Below, one piece after another: positions 9,450 to 18,239 of a DNA stretch of 64,000 bases. Each line of letters begins with the position of its first letter. The first letter of the stretch is position 1. The position numbers were made by a program, and so were the translations under genes. The stretch is taken from the sequence record PP968062.1; one strand, given 5' to 3'. Source of the stretch: Pseudomonas phage HPP-Temi. Under the pieces are notes generated by a model. The model was not told the DNA's origin. It ran no database searches and worked only from the letters and a program-made list of their open reading frames with translations.

Positions 9450-9890
9450 TTATTCTACCAACGAGAACTTGACACCGATGATCGGAGATTCCCGGTCGAT
9501 CTTGATCACAGCATGGCCAGTAATACCATCAACTTCGAAAGTGGTACCCCAACGCAGACCATCCATCTTGGATACCATTCCGAAACGGAAGATACCGTCG
9601 CGCCGGATTTCGATCGGATCATGTGCAGTAACCGGATGGAACAAAATGTTATCGCCTGAATCAACGTAAGCGATTTCTTCGATCACCAGCTTGCGAATGT
9701 CCTCATCACCACCACAGAGGGTGAAGATATTAAATGGAGAGTCCACTTTTACATAGCTGGAAAGAACCGAACCGATACCTTCGATATCAACACGGAAGAC
9801 CGGCATGCGCAGGTGTTGAGCAAAGTGCTTATCGCTCTTGCCCATTTGGTAAAGGGGAACGCGGGTGGAACCGGCGACTTGTGTAGTCAT
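9450..9890 (-). CDS. hypothetical protein 146 aa
   Basis: ORF track. Confidence 0.6.
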   Translation of the reverse strand: MTTQVAGSTRVPLYQMGKSDKHFAQHLRMPVFRVDIEGIGSVLSSYVKVDSPFNIFTLCGGDEDIRKLVIEEIAYVDSGDNILFHPVTAHDPIEIRRDGIFRFGMVSKMDGLRWGTTFEVDGITGHAVIKIDRESPIIGVKFSLVE

Positions 9891-10264
9891 CAGTATTCTC
9901 CGTATTTGTAATTGAAGTTAATAGGGTGGTCTAATCTTGACCTAACGATACGCTTGGTCTGATTCAGTGAAGCTTCGACAACATAGTAAAAGGCAGGCTG
10001 TTTCACCAAATCTTCTCGATAGCGATTGTCCAATATGACGGCATCATTGGAAACGTAGACATAAAATGGGGAGTCTAAATTTTCAATGATGACTGGATTC
10101 GAACACACGGGAGTAGTTCTTATTCCGTCATGTGAGTATCCAACTACTTCTACTTTCATTAAGTCATGGTTCCCAACATGAGGAACCATGACTATTACCA
10201 TTATCCACGCAAGTAAGATAGCGGTTAATTTTAGCAGAATGGATAACTCAACGAGAGTCCTATC
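9890..10264 (-). CDS. membrane protein ~124 aa (one TM)
   Basis: ORF track 9890..10366 trimmed to MDRTL start with GGAGAT RBS; hydrophobic helix ILLKLTAILLAWIMVIVMV. Confidence 0.5.
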   Translation of the reverse strand, partial: DRTLVELSILLKLTAILLAWIMVIVMVPHVGNHDLMKVEVVGYSHDGIRTTPVCSNPVIIENLDSPFYVYVSNDAVILDNRYREDLVKQPAFYYVVEASLNQTKRIVRSRLDHPINFNYKYGEY

Positions 10265-10281
10265 CATAAAGGATCTCCGAG

Positions 10282-10674
10282 TTAGATGGTCCTCCAATCG
10301 ATTATACTGTTTACACCCTTGATATCGAACTCCTCGAATTTGTAAGCACCGCCACCCCTCAGCCACACTTGGTGATAGCTGAAGTATTGGACATCCGCAT
10401 CAGCAGAGATCAGTTCGATCTCCAGATTAGTAAGGGATTTGTGGTAAGTAACCTCACCATTCCGGATAACCACATAGAACTGGTTCTTACCGTTACGCAG
10501 GCCGTGACAGTTACCTTTGTTCTTGATGGTAACCTTACGACCTACTTCGCCACGTATATGTAATACATTTACGACGAAGTGTTTCCTGATTCTTAGGGTG
10601 AAACGAACGGCCAGTACAGTGAGTGCCAGAAAGACGACTGTTACACCCAGATGCACCAAAGTTTCGGAAAGCAT
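10282..10674 (-). CDS. membrane protein 130 aa (N-terminal TM)
   Basis: ORF track; LVHLGVTVVFLALTVLAV. Confidence 0.55.
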   Translation of the reverse strand: MLSETLVHLGVTVVFLALTVLAVRFTLRIRKHFVVNVLHIRGEVGRKVTIKNKGNCHGLRNGKNQFYVVIRNGEVTYHKSLTNLEIELISADADVQYFSYHQVWLRGGGAYKFEEFDIKGVNSIIDWRTI

Positions 10675-10681
10675 GGCTACC

Positions 10682-10942
10682 TCATTGAATATTAAGTTGA
10701 CGAGTCAGACCGTGGTTGGAGGGGATCTCCACAATATCCAACTCGACATCGTCTTTCACTCGGTATACTCGTTCGAGTACACCACTCATATTACATTCAA
10801 AACGAAGACCAGAATCGGGATGAATACCGAGCGACACCCAGCTAGTGTCGTCGTCCAGCGAAAACGTAAACTTGTTTTGAGTTTCCGCCTTCTGTACCAG
10901 CCATTCGCCTTCACACTTAACCAACTTGGTGTTTGTATTCAT
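10682..10942 (-). CDS. hypothetical protein 86 aa
   Basis: ORF track. Confidence 0.55.
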   Translation of the reverse strand: MNTNTKLVKCEGEWLVQKAETQNKFTFSLDDDTSWVSLGIHPDSGLRFECNMSGVLERVYRVKDDVELDIVEIPSNHGLTRQLNIQ

Positions 10943-10944
10943 TA

Positions 10945-11367
10945 CTACTCTCCTGGGAGTTTCACGACCTTACTGACGTCATGACCATTGTCATGTATTT
11001 CGTCTGTCGTATGAGCTTGAAGATAAAGATAGGTAATTTGCACGGCTCGTCCGATGGAATCCGCCCAAACGCAAAGTGTTTTAGTTCGGTACTCTTGCTT
11101 CTCCCACGAATAGCGCTTCGGCTCTCGGTAGGTAAGCTCGATGTTCAAGGTAACGAATTGCTTCGATTCCTTTGCCGACTCGAACATTTTGAGATTGTCT
11201 TCCTCGCTTACCAACAGTTTATTGGCATCGATAAAGGATCCATAATAGCAAGTCCGACCACATAGCATTTGTTGCAAAGTGGCCTTTCCGTTGAAGCGAC
11301 GAGGTTTCAGTTCTACTCGCCAACTCCAATCCAAAAGGTTCTCGATTTGTTCTTCCAGGTTATCCAT
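10945..11367 (-). CDS. hypothetical protein 140 aa
   Basis: ORF track. Confidence 0.6.
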   Translation of the reverse strand: MDNLEEQIENLLDWSWRVELKPRRFNGKATLQQMLCGRTCYYGSFIDANKLLVSEEDNLKMFESAKESKQFVTLNIELTYREPKRYSWEKQEYRTKTLCVWADSIGRAVQITYLYLQAHTTDEIHDNGHDVSKVVKLPGE

Positions 11368-11717
11368 TATGGCATCTCGAATTGAACGGTGATAGTCGAC
11401 TTACCTTGCGAGTACTCGATGAACGGGTTAACGTAACCCAGACGCATGATCCATTGACGGAGTTCTTGGTAGTCAGCCATATTCCACGGCATACTACCCA
11501 TGCTAACCCGATAGACCAGACCTTTGGTCGGATCTTTGAGTCGCCAGTTCGCTGAATCCAGTACACCAGAGCGAATGATCATCCTGATTTGATCAACGAC
11601 GCAGTTTGCTTCGGGGTTAGCTTCTCGCACTATACGGAAAGCTTCAGATGCTTTACTCATGTTATCGAAGTTGACCACGAAGCTGTAGCCGTGGCCTTGC
11701 TTAACTTGCATTTTCAA
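11367..11717 (-). CDS. hypothetical protein 116 aa
   Basis: ORF track. Confidence 0.6.
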   Translation of the reverse strand: MKMQVKQGHGYSFVVNFDNMSKASEAFRIVREANPEANCVVDQIRMIIRSGVLDSANWRLKDPTKGLVYRVSMGSMPWNMADYQELRQWIMRLGYVNPFIEYSQGKSTITVQFEMP

Positions 11718-11741
11718 ATTCCTAAAGAAAAAGGTATAGAA

Positions 11742-11759
11742 AGGGGACCCGAAGGTCCC
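11742..11759 (-). terminator. terminator GGGGACC-UUCG-GGUCCCC
   Basis: perfect 7-bp stem with CGAA loop, T-rich flank on minus strand. Confidence 0.65.
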
Positions 11760-11765
11760 CTGTTA

Positions 11766-12239
11766 TCAGTTCAGAGAATCGCGATGAGCGTACTCGAAGG
11801 TATCGACATCTGCAACCATGTTGAACACAGCGATGATCGCGCTCATGGGTTTCTTACCCATGTTGAAATGCACGACGAAGCTGTCCTTGTAACACTCGAT
11901 GGAACGAATACCATAGACGACGTTGATGCGGTCGATCTGATTGCGAACAACCAGAACTTCTTCATCGGTCATATTCTCGATGTAATTCTCGATCAGCTGG
12001 AACACACGCTCATCACCCAGTATCAGATTTTTGCGCTCGACTTCCACCGGAGCGAAGGTCAGCAGATGAGGCATGAACTCCGGCAGGGCTTCCACGTTGA
12101 ACAACAGCTTGTCGTCCAGCAGAGGAGATGCACGATACAGATCGGACAGAACGATGTTACCGTTCACGATCTCGATCTTGTCTTCTTGAGCCAGTGCAGT
12201 AGCCAGACGACGATCAGCAGCGTTGTTAGAACCGAACAT
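11766..12239 (-). CDS. hypothetical protein 157 aa
   Basis: ORF track. Confidence 0.6.
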   Translation of the reverse strand: MFGSNNAADRRLATALAQEDKIEIVNGNIVLSDLYRASPLLDDKLLFNVEALPEFMPHLLTFAPVEVERKNLILGDERVFQLIENYIENMTDEEVLVVRNQIDRINVVYGIRSIECYKDSFVVHFNMGKKPMSAIIAVFNMVADVDTFEYAHRDSLN

Positions 12240-12283
12240 TGAAATTTCCTTTTAGTAAAGAGTCAGTAGATTAGGGACCTGGG

Positions 12284-12814
12284 TTAAGCTTCCCAGGTGT
12301 CTTTCCAGCGAGTTACAGGAAGTTGGAACGTCTCACAGAGTTTAGTTACTGCGCGATGTTCCAGATTGTTCTCCGGATGGAACGTGATGGGGCTCATGGA
12401 GCAACCCCAGTCAACACGACATCCGGTTTCTTTGTGAATCTCACTGAGGACAGTGTAAGAACCACCGCCATCATCATAACCCATTTTGTACGGGTTGACG
12501 CAGATCTGGGTATTGTGCTTCATCATGACTTTGTCGACTTCGATCGTCAGCAGCCGAACGAACTCGTCAGTCTTGGAGATGTCGTCTACCCAGAACTCCA
12601 GGAGAATCCACTTGCCACGTGGGTCATTATGACCGCCTTGGAAGAATACACTGAAACCTTGTTTTGCTTGATAGAACGGAGAGGACATCAGGTTACATGT
12701 AACAACCCGATGAACAGCTTCCCATACGCGCTCAGTGACGTAATCGCCGTAGAGTTCGATGCAGGGGCCACGACCGGGGAAGCTTTCTTTCGGTGCGAAT
12801 TTGAGTTCGAACAT
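12284..12814 (-). CDS. hypothetical protein ~176 aa
   Basis: ORF track 12284..12853 trimmed to ATG with GGGAG RBS after upstream stop. Confidence 0.55.
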   Translation of the reverse strand: MFELKFAPKESFPGRGPCIELYGDYVTERVWEAVHRVVTCNLMSSPFYQAKQGFSVFFQGGHNDPRGKWILLEFWVDDISKTDEFVRLLTIEVDKVMMKHNTQICVNPYKMGYDDGGGSYTVLSEIHKETGCRVDWGCSMSPITFHPENNLEHRAVTKLCETFQLPVTRWKDTWEA

Positions 12815-12816
12815 TT

Positions 12817-13209
12817 TTACACTCCCGATTGGTAGCGCTTGTAGCGAACCCACTGCCCATTACATGGACGTTGGAATTCGAGGGTATCCATCATGTGGTA
12901 ACCGAAGTGCTCGATGATCCACAGAGCCACTTGCTTGGAACGCTTCATGCCCATTTCACAATGGACAACGATGTTCTCGCCGTTACAGGCTTTCACCCAT
13001 TCGATGAGTTCAGCATTCCGAGCATTGACCGGGTTATCGAACCCATCGATCTCGAAGACGTTCACACCGGGATCGATACCGTAGTTATCCTTACGGTTAT
13101 ACTCGATACTGATCAGGTTGGTGCCGGGATTAACTGCGCAACCAACTGCGCGCGGCACATGGATGACGCCTTTACGTTTACGAGTAACCTTTACGGATAC
13201 GATGCTCAT
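12817..13209 (-). CDS. cysteine phosphatase of the dual-specificity/PTP superfamily (HCX5R P-loop)
   Basis: VHCEMGMKRS = HC-x5-R(S) signature; 130 aa. Confidence 0.65.
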   Translation of the reverse strand: MSIVSVKVTRKRKGVIHVPRAVGCAVNPGTNLISIEYNRKDNYGIDPGVNVFEIDGFDNPVNARNAELIEWVKACNGENIVVHCEMGMKRSKQVALWIIEHFGYHMMDTLEFQRPCNGQWVRYKRYQSGV

Positions 13210-13442
13210 TTGAAGTCTACCTCACGCAGTGCACGAATCAGTTTGTCTTTCGCTTCAACGCTGGAGCTCCAGCATTCCACGATGTCGTAACCATGCTCAT
13301 CTTTCTTCATGAAAGCGCGAGCATCTTGTCCCAGCTTGCCAGCAACGTGCATGTTGTAGGCCTGGAAACGCTCGGGGGTCATGGTGACCGGATCCAGGTG
13401 GATAGTGGTAACCATGTCGGACAGATTGTTATAAGTCATCAT
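13206..13442 (-). CDS. hypothetical protein ~78 aa
   Basis: ORF track 13206..13490 trimmed to MMTYNN start with AAGGAAA RBS. Confidence 0.5.
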   Translation of the reverse strand: MMTYNNLSDMVTTIHLDPVTMTPERFQAYNMHVAGKLGQDARAFMKKDEHGYDIVECWSSSVEAKDKLIRALREVDFK

Positions 13443-13455
13443 TTTGATTTCCTTT

Positions 13456-14070
13456 TTAAACAGTGATATCGCGTTTGTGAACACTAACAAAGGTCAGTTT
13501 GCTAGTGCGTTTGAGGATGTGTGCAGAGAGTACCTTCGAACCGTTGAAAACGTCGGTATCGAGGATCTCTTCTGGTGTTGCTTCCGATGCAGCAGCGCCG
13601 AGATACGCATTGAGGTGATTCGCCTGGAACCAGCTGCGAATGATCATCGCGTCTTCGATGTCTTCAACGAAGCGGATTTTAGTCGGATCTTCACTGGGAG
13701 CCAGGAAGAGACTCTTGCGGCCGTTCTCGAATTCGAGATAGAACTCTTCATGGAGATCGGTCTCACTGATCTCTCTTTCCTCTTCCAGGATTTCATGGTA
13801 TTTAACGCAACCATGTACCAGACCCAGATCGACTTCCGAATCACCATACCAAGTTGCCTTGGCAAGCTCCAGGAATTCCAGAGCATCGTTGAACAGCTTG
13901 AACACTACGCCGTAACGACGAGCATCCTCGACGCTGAAGTCTTTGGCCAGTTGGTTATGTACGATGAACACCGGACGGCTGTAGATGAAGTCTACATACA
14001 GACGGAGCTCACACGCAACGGGAATACCATCAACAGTATTCTCCAGGATCACTTCACGCAGTTGTTTCAT
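13456..14070 (-). CDS. hypothetical protein 204 aa
   Basis: ORF track. Confidence 0.6.
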   Translation of the reverse strand: MKQLREVILENTVDGIPVACELRLYVDFIYSRPVFIVHNQLAKDFSVEDARRYGVVFKLFNDALEFLELAKATWYGDSEVDLGLVHGCVKYHEILEEEREISETDLHEEFYLEFENGRKSLFLAPSEDPTKIRFVEDIEDAMIIRSWFQANHLNAYLGAAASEATPEEILDTDVFNGSKVLSAHILKRTSKLTFVSVHKRDITV

Positions 14071-14101
14071 TGTATCTTCCTTTTTACACGGGGTTGAATA
14101 T

Positions 14102-14142
14102 CACATTTGTAATATAGGGTTTTAAAAGGTTTAAATATAACC
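14102..14142 (-). promoter_or_regulatory. promoter-like element family A, copy 1 (degenerate palindrome + TATATTACAAATGTG)
   Basis: minus strand reads GGTTATATTTAAACCTTTTAAAACCCTATATTACAAATGTG. Confidence 0.45.
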
Positions 14143-14152
14143 TTCTATTTAT

Positions 14153-14194
14153 CACAGTTGTAATATAGGCTTTTAATGCCTTTAAATGTAAAAG
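14153..14194 (-). promoter_or_regulatory. promoter-like element family A, copy 2 (tandem with copy 1)
   Basis: minus strand reads CATTTAAAGGCATTAAAAGCCTATATTACAACTGTG. Confidence 0.45.
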
Positions 14195-14213
14195 AAAAAA
14201 AAAACGGCATAAC

Positions 14214-14233
14214 GCCTCTCCCGAAGGAGAGGC
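14214..14233 (-). terminator. terminator GCCUCUCC-UUCG-GGAGAGGC followed by U10
   Basis: 8-bp stem with CGAA loop, then a run of ten A on plus strand (U-tract on minus). Confidence 0.75.
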
Positions 14234-14241
14234 TATTATGT

Positions 14242-14625
14242 TTACTCGCCTTGACCTTCACCACCGGTTTCCGGAGGAGTGGTCTCGCCGCCTTCGCCAC
14301 CAGTACCGGGTTCTTCCGGACCTTCGGGCTCAGTGGTTTGTTCTTCAACGTAGAAGCTGACGAACATTTCGTTGCCGTTCTTGATTTCAACGGAAACGGA
14401 TTTCCAACCGGCGTCTTCGATGGCTTTCTTCAGAGCAGCTACAGAAGTATCAGCGATGTTCACGCCACGGAAGTGACGGTGTACAAAGTGTACTTTCTGC
14501 TCGGCGTCGTTCAGGAAGTCAACGGTACCCGGCAGGGACAGGTATTCGTTGATAGCATCTTCGTACTGAGCAATCTCAGCTTCGGACATTGCCTTGCCGG
14601 CTTCGTCCAGGGAATAAATCGCCAT
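14242..14625 (-). CDS. hypothetical protein ~127 aa with acidic G/E/P-rich C-terminal tail
   Basis: ORF track 14242..14679 (GTG start there) trimmed to ATG with GGAGAA RBS. Confidence 0.5.
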   Translation of the reverse strand: MAIYSLDEAGKAMSEAEIAQYEDAINEYLSLPGTVDFLNDAEQKVHFVHRHFRGVNIADTSVAALKKAIEDAGWKSVSVEIKNGNEMFVSFYVEEQTTEPEGPEEPGTGGEGGETTPPETGGEGQGE

Positions 14626-14675
14626 TGGTGATTCTCCATAGTCATGAACAGCGGTATTGCTGCACATAACATCGG

Positions 14676-15101
14676 TCACTTCACCGGAATAATTCCAAAT
14701 GCCAATTCCGTACGTACGCCAGTTTGCGCTTCAGTTACTTGTTCAACCTTAACACTCCATTCGGGTTCACCCACTAAGGTAACCTCTAGAATAGAATGCG
14801 TTTCCTCGTTAGCCATGTGATAGGCGGATGCTTCAGAGTGATAAATTTCGACATCGCGATCCCGACAGCAAAGAAACACAGACGACTGAGTCTCAGGGAA
14901 ATCTAGATAGACTTGTTTGAAGTCAGCGTATGCAATCATGTTGTTGCCTACGTAGTGCGTCATCCCAGCTAGGATCACGCGACGCTTTTCTTTCTTCTTA
15001 GGTTTCTCTTTCTTAGCTTCTTCGCCACGAGGTAGAGATAACCATACCAACCCAGCTAAGATCAGCAGGATAATGGCCGAGGTAGGAATAGTAAAAGGCA
15101 T
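14676..15101 (-). CDS. membrane protein 141 aa (N-terminal TM then K-rich segment)
   Basis: ORF track; AIILLILAGLVWLSL. Confidence 0.55.
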   Translation of the reverse strand: MPFTIPTSAIILLILAGLVWLSLPRGEEAKKEKPKKKEKRRVILAGMTHYVGNNMIAYADFKQVYLDFPETQSSVFLCCRDRDVEIYHSEASAYHMANEETHSILEVTLVGEPEWSVKVEQVTEAQTGVRTELAFGIIPVK

Positions 15102-15132
15102 GACACCACCTAAAAATTAAAAATGGCAGAAA

Positions 15133-15152
15133 GCTGTCCCCGAAGGGACAGC
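15133..15152 (-). terminator. terminator GCUGUCCC-UUCG-GGGACAGC
   Basis: perfect 8-bp stem with CGAA loop. Confidence 0.6.
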
Positions 15153-15162
15153 CTTATGTCGA

Positions 15163-15480
15163 TCAGTTGTTGACGGTAGCCCAGTAGGAAGCAGCCAGGT
15201 CAATCTCCAGAGCGTTCGGAGCAACTTCAACGGAAGTGGATTCACCAGCTTCGTTGACGATGAACTTCGGAGTCAGATGGAAGTCGTTCTGGATACCAGC
15301 CATGGTACCAGCGATAGCACGATCGATGAAGGTAGCTTGTACCTTAACAGCTTCGGCTTCGCGGTCCAGACCTTTCAGCAGATCTTCTTTTAGGTCTTCG
15401 CAATACTTGATTACGGAAGCGCCAGCAGCGGTCAGGTTTTCGTGTTGTTCGATTACGTTTTCTACAGGTTCCATTTTCAT
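15163..15480 (-). CDS. hypothetical protein 105 aa
   Basis: ORF track. Confidence 0.6.
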   Translation of the reverse strand: MKMEPVENVIEQHENLTAAGASVIKYCEDLKEDLLKGLDREAEAVKVQATFIDRAIAGTMAGIQNDFHLTPKFIVNEAGESTSVEVAPNALEIDLAASYWATVNN

Positions 15481-15507
15481 TTCCTAATTTTGAGAGAGAG
15501 GGTATAA

Positions 15508-15529
15508 CTGCGCACCCGAAGATGCGCAG
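15508..15529 (-). terminator. stem-loop (CTGCGCA / TGCGCAG, 8-nt loop containing CGAA)
   Basis: 7-bp stem immediately downstream of the SPFH gene stop. Confidence 0.45.
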
Positions 15530-15535
15530 CTTGTA

Positions 15536-16402
15536 TTACTTACCGAATACGCGATTGCTCAGACCTTGGGTACCCATTGCTTCGTAGGGTACGAAGATAG
15601 CACTACCGGTATTACCCAGATTGGTAGACATCTTCTCTTGTACTTCCAGAGCACGATAGGCCAGCAGCTTATCACTGATACCGGCAGCGACGATCTGGTT
15701 CTGGTCACGCAGAGTACGAGCTTTGGTCAGTTCAACTTCACGATCAGCTTCAGCCAGTTTCAGAGCGTTAGTGCGCTTGGTCATTTCAATGGCTTGCTGG
15801 TTGTTCTCGGTCTGAATAGCCAGTTCACGTTCAGCTTGTTTCTCGATAGCGTCGGTGATCACCTTCGGATATTCCAGTGCACCCAGGGTGACGTTGGAAA
15901 CTTCCAGAGGCGAATTCTTCATGGCGTCTTGCAGACGGGTCAGTAGATCAGCAGAGATCTTGTCGAAGTTGGCAGGGACTTCTTCAACTTTGTACTTGTT
16001 CAGTACGGAACGTGCAGTAGAACTTACAACGTCACGACCATAGATACCGTAGACCTGGTCCAGCGATACCATGTTGTCCACGACGGTGATCGAGTTGAAC
16101 ATGGCGTTGATGACTTGCTCGTTACCAGCAACGCGAGTACGGAAGCTCACGGTGAAGGTCAGGTCGAGTTTGTCAGCCATCTTCACGGTCAGACGTTCGT
16201 TCTTGGTCTGTACAGAACCGTCCAGCAGGATCAGCTGGTCACGACCGTAGACAGTCAGCTTACCGGGTTCGAGAACTTCCGGAGAGTAACCGTTAACAGT
16301 CAGCAGCTTACCTTTGTGCGCTGGAGGAATTACCTCAAACGAACAGCCGGTTACAGCCAGGGCGATCAGCAGAGCGAAGACGAGTTGGAAGTACTTTTTC
16401 AT
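15536..16402 (-). CDS. lipoprotein with SPFH/band-7 (prohibitin/HflK-like) domain
   Basis: signal peptide with lipobox LAVTGC; C-terminal half has SPFH-type heptad region (EKQAERELAIQTENNQQAIEMTKRTNALKLAEADREVELTKA). Confidence 0.6.
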   Translation of the reverse strand: MKKYFQLVFALLIALAVTGCSFEVIPPAHKGKLLTVNGYSPEVLEPGKLTVYGRDQLILLDGSVQTKNERLTVKMADKLDLTFTVSFRTRVAGNEQVINAMFNSITVVDNMVSLDQVYGIYGRDVVSSTARSVLNKYKVEEVPANFDKISADLLTRLQDAMKNSPLEVSNVTLGALEYPKVITDAIEKQAERELAIQTENNQQAIEMTKRTNALKLAEADREVELTKARTLRDQNQIVAAGISDKLLAYRALEVQEKMSTNLGNTGSAIFVPYEAMGTQGLSNRVFGK

Positions 16403-16749
16403 TGCGCGTTTTCCTGTTTGGATTTCTTGAGTTGTTCGTCGAAGGCGGATTGTGCACTCGACACATTATCCTGAGCCTTGGTAACTTTTTCCGGAATGGT
16501 CGACTGATCCACTACAGGAGCATCGAACCGAGTTACCAGAGCTTGTTTCACCGGAGTGGTGATCTGGAGCAGGGAGGATTGGAAGACGCCTACAATCGCC
16601 AGAGCGATCAGGAAGCGCTTACCACCACCCAGTTGTTTTACCCATTCTTTCTTGGAGAACAGAACGAAGCCTGCCGCAAGAACAGAGATCAGAGTCAGGA
16701 TAGCGTACAGAAACGGCGAACCGATAATAGCGATGTTCAGGTTGTGCAT
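16399..16749 (-). CDS. membrane protein 116 aa (two TM)
   Basis: ORF track; hydrophobic segments. Confidence 0.55.
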   Translation of the reverse strand: MHNLNIAIIGSPFLYAILTLISVLAAGFVLFSKKEWVKQLGGGKRFLIALAIVGVFQSSLLQITTPVKQALVTRFDAPVVDQSTIPEKVTKAQDNVSSAQSAFDEQLKKSKQENAQ

Positions 16750-16756
16750 GATTACC

Positions 16757-17101
16757 TCAGTTGTTGATATGGTCGAAGTATTGATCGGCTAAGTTCTTTC
16801 TTTCGTCAGAGAGAAGACTTACACCCACGGAGCGATCACTTGCGGATCGGCTTCTTTTCAGCTTCGAATCGTAGTTACGCGAGCAACGATAGTTACCGGT
16901 ACTCAGGAACCGAAGGGCCAGAAGGATACCTTCCGTAATTCCTTCATCGAACGCGTCTTGTTGCGCAGCGTCTTGGTAACGGAGCACGTTTTCACGGCTG
17001 AACGTCTCATGAGTATCTGCAAGCTCTTCGAGGAATAGACCATTTGCTCTTAACCACTCTTTATTTGGTGTTAAAGGTTTTTGCGTTTTCTCGGCACTCA
17101 C
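16757..17101 (-). CDS. hypothetical protein 114 aa
   Basis: ORF track. Confidence 0.55.
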   Translation of the reverse strand: MSAEKTQKPLTPNKEWLRANGLFLEELADTHETFSRENVLRYQDAAQQDAFDEGITEGILLALRFLSTGNYRCSRNYDSKLKRSRSASDRSVGVSLLSDERKNLADQYFDHINN

Positions 17102-17351
17102 GAATAGCCTCCGGAGTTAATTGTAGACGACCGTTCTGAGTTACCTGATTGACACAGTCTTCGTAGTGTTTGACCATAGCCAAACTAGCAGCCGCTTCAC
17201 GATCGAGCCTTGCTTGTTTATCGCTATTGCCCTGGATGATACCACCAATGATCCCCATGATCGCAAGAAGGATCATCGCTTCGATAATGGTGATCTCTGG
17301 CAACCAGCCCCAGATACGAAAACGTTTCCTTCTTTTGGTAGCGAGGTTCAT
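17061..17351 (-). CDS. small membrane protein whose N-terminal TM resembles a type IV pilin/pseudopilin helix
   Basis: EITIIEAMILLAIMGIIGGI resembles pilin FTLIELMIVIAIIGILAAI; periplasmic helical C-terminus. Confidence 0.45.
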   Translation of the reverse strand: MNLATKRRKRFRIWGWLPEITIIEAMILLAIMGIIGGIIQGNSDKQARLDREAAASLAMVKHYEDCVNQVTQNGRLQLTPEAIRECRENAKTFNTK

Positions 17352-17686
17352 TAGGTGTTTACCCCTGCGAATAGATCGACCGTGAGATCAGGATACCAAG
17401 GCGTGCTAGTCAGCTGGATCTTACCTTCGCTGTCATACACGTCCGCACCGGTTATCATGATCTGCCCATGAGTCTGGATGGCGTCGATTGCCTCTTTTGC
17501 GGAGAGTCTAGCAGTACGCATAAACAGGTCAGCCATATCGCGACCCTCGCCATTATAGTAGAGATCCTTGAATCCCTCATTAATGACGCTATCTACACGA
17601 TCACGAATTTCTTCCTGTAAGAGTTTAGTCTTGTTAGTTTGAAACTCGTTGGTGTAATACGGGTATTCTACTTCCGCTTCTTCCAT
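17351..17686 (-). CDS. hypothetical protein 111 aa, C-terminal ...GVNT tail family
   Basis: ORF track; ends FAGVNT. Confidence 0.55.
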   Translation of the reverse strand: MEEAEVEYPYYTNEFQTNKTKLLQEEIRDRVDSVINEGFKDLYYNGEGRDMADLFMRTARLSAKEAIDAIQTHGQIMITGADVYDSEGKIQLTSTPWYPDLTVDLFAGVNT

Positions 17687-17883
17687 ACGTTCACCTCAGT
17701 GATCGAACTACGTTTCATCCGATGTCTCAATGACGACGATGCTTTCTCTGTTGCCTCTGTCCAACCACCGCCATAGACGGTGTGGAATGCATTGATCTGT
17801 GTGTGCAGGTCATGGGTAGCCATAACCTTACCAAGTCCACGAGACTCGTAGTACTCGATCAAAGCGTTTGCTGGATCACTCAT
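17668..17883 (-). CDS. hypothetical protein 71 aa
   Basis: ORF track. Confidence 0.45.
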   Translation of the reverse strand: MSDPANALIEYYESRGLGKVMATHDLHTQINAFHTVYGGGWTEATEKASSSLRHRMKRSSITEVNVWKKRK

Positions 17884-17908
17884 GAGTTTACCCTGTCGTA
17901 GTGTCTAG

Positions 17909-18148
17909 TCACGAGTTGACGTCTTCATACCAGGACCTAGTCAGCTCCTGTTTAAGTTCAACGACAGCACCCATACCGCCAGTCAGGACCGCTGTTTCGA
18001 CGGCCAAGGCGACAGCGGATAGAGCATGATCGACGGCGTTTTCTATGGTTTCTTCACGTTTGGCATCGACACGAATGGCATTGATACCGATAAGTAACTG
18101 GGTGCGAGCTTTGATGTTAGCTTCGACGATTTCGGTTTGTTCCGACAT
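17909..18148 (-). CDS. hypothetical protein 79 aa, C-terminal ...EDVNS tail family
   Basis: ORF track. Confidence 0.55.
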   Translation of the reverse strand: MSEQTEIVEANIKARTQLLIGINAIRVDAKREETIENAVDHALSAVALAVETAVLTGGMGAVVELKQELTRSWYEDVNS

Positions 18149-18239
18149 TTCTAATATTTCCTATTTAGAGAAGTTTACACCTATCAGAGCTAAGCTGGTG
18201 ATGAAGTTACGGATCATGTTTCGTTGAAAATAGGGTGAT

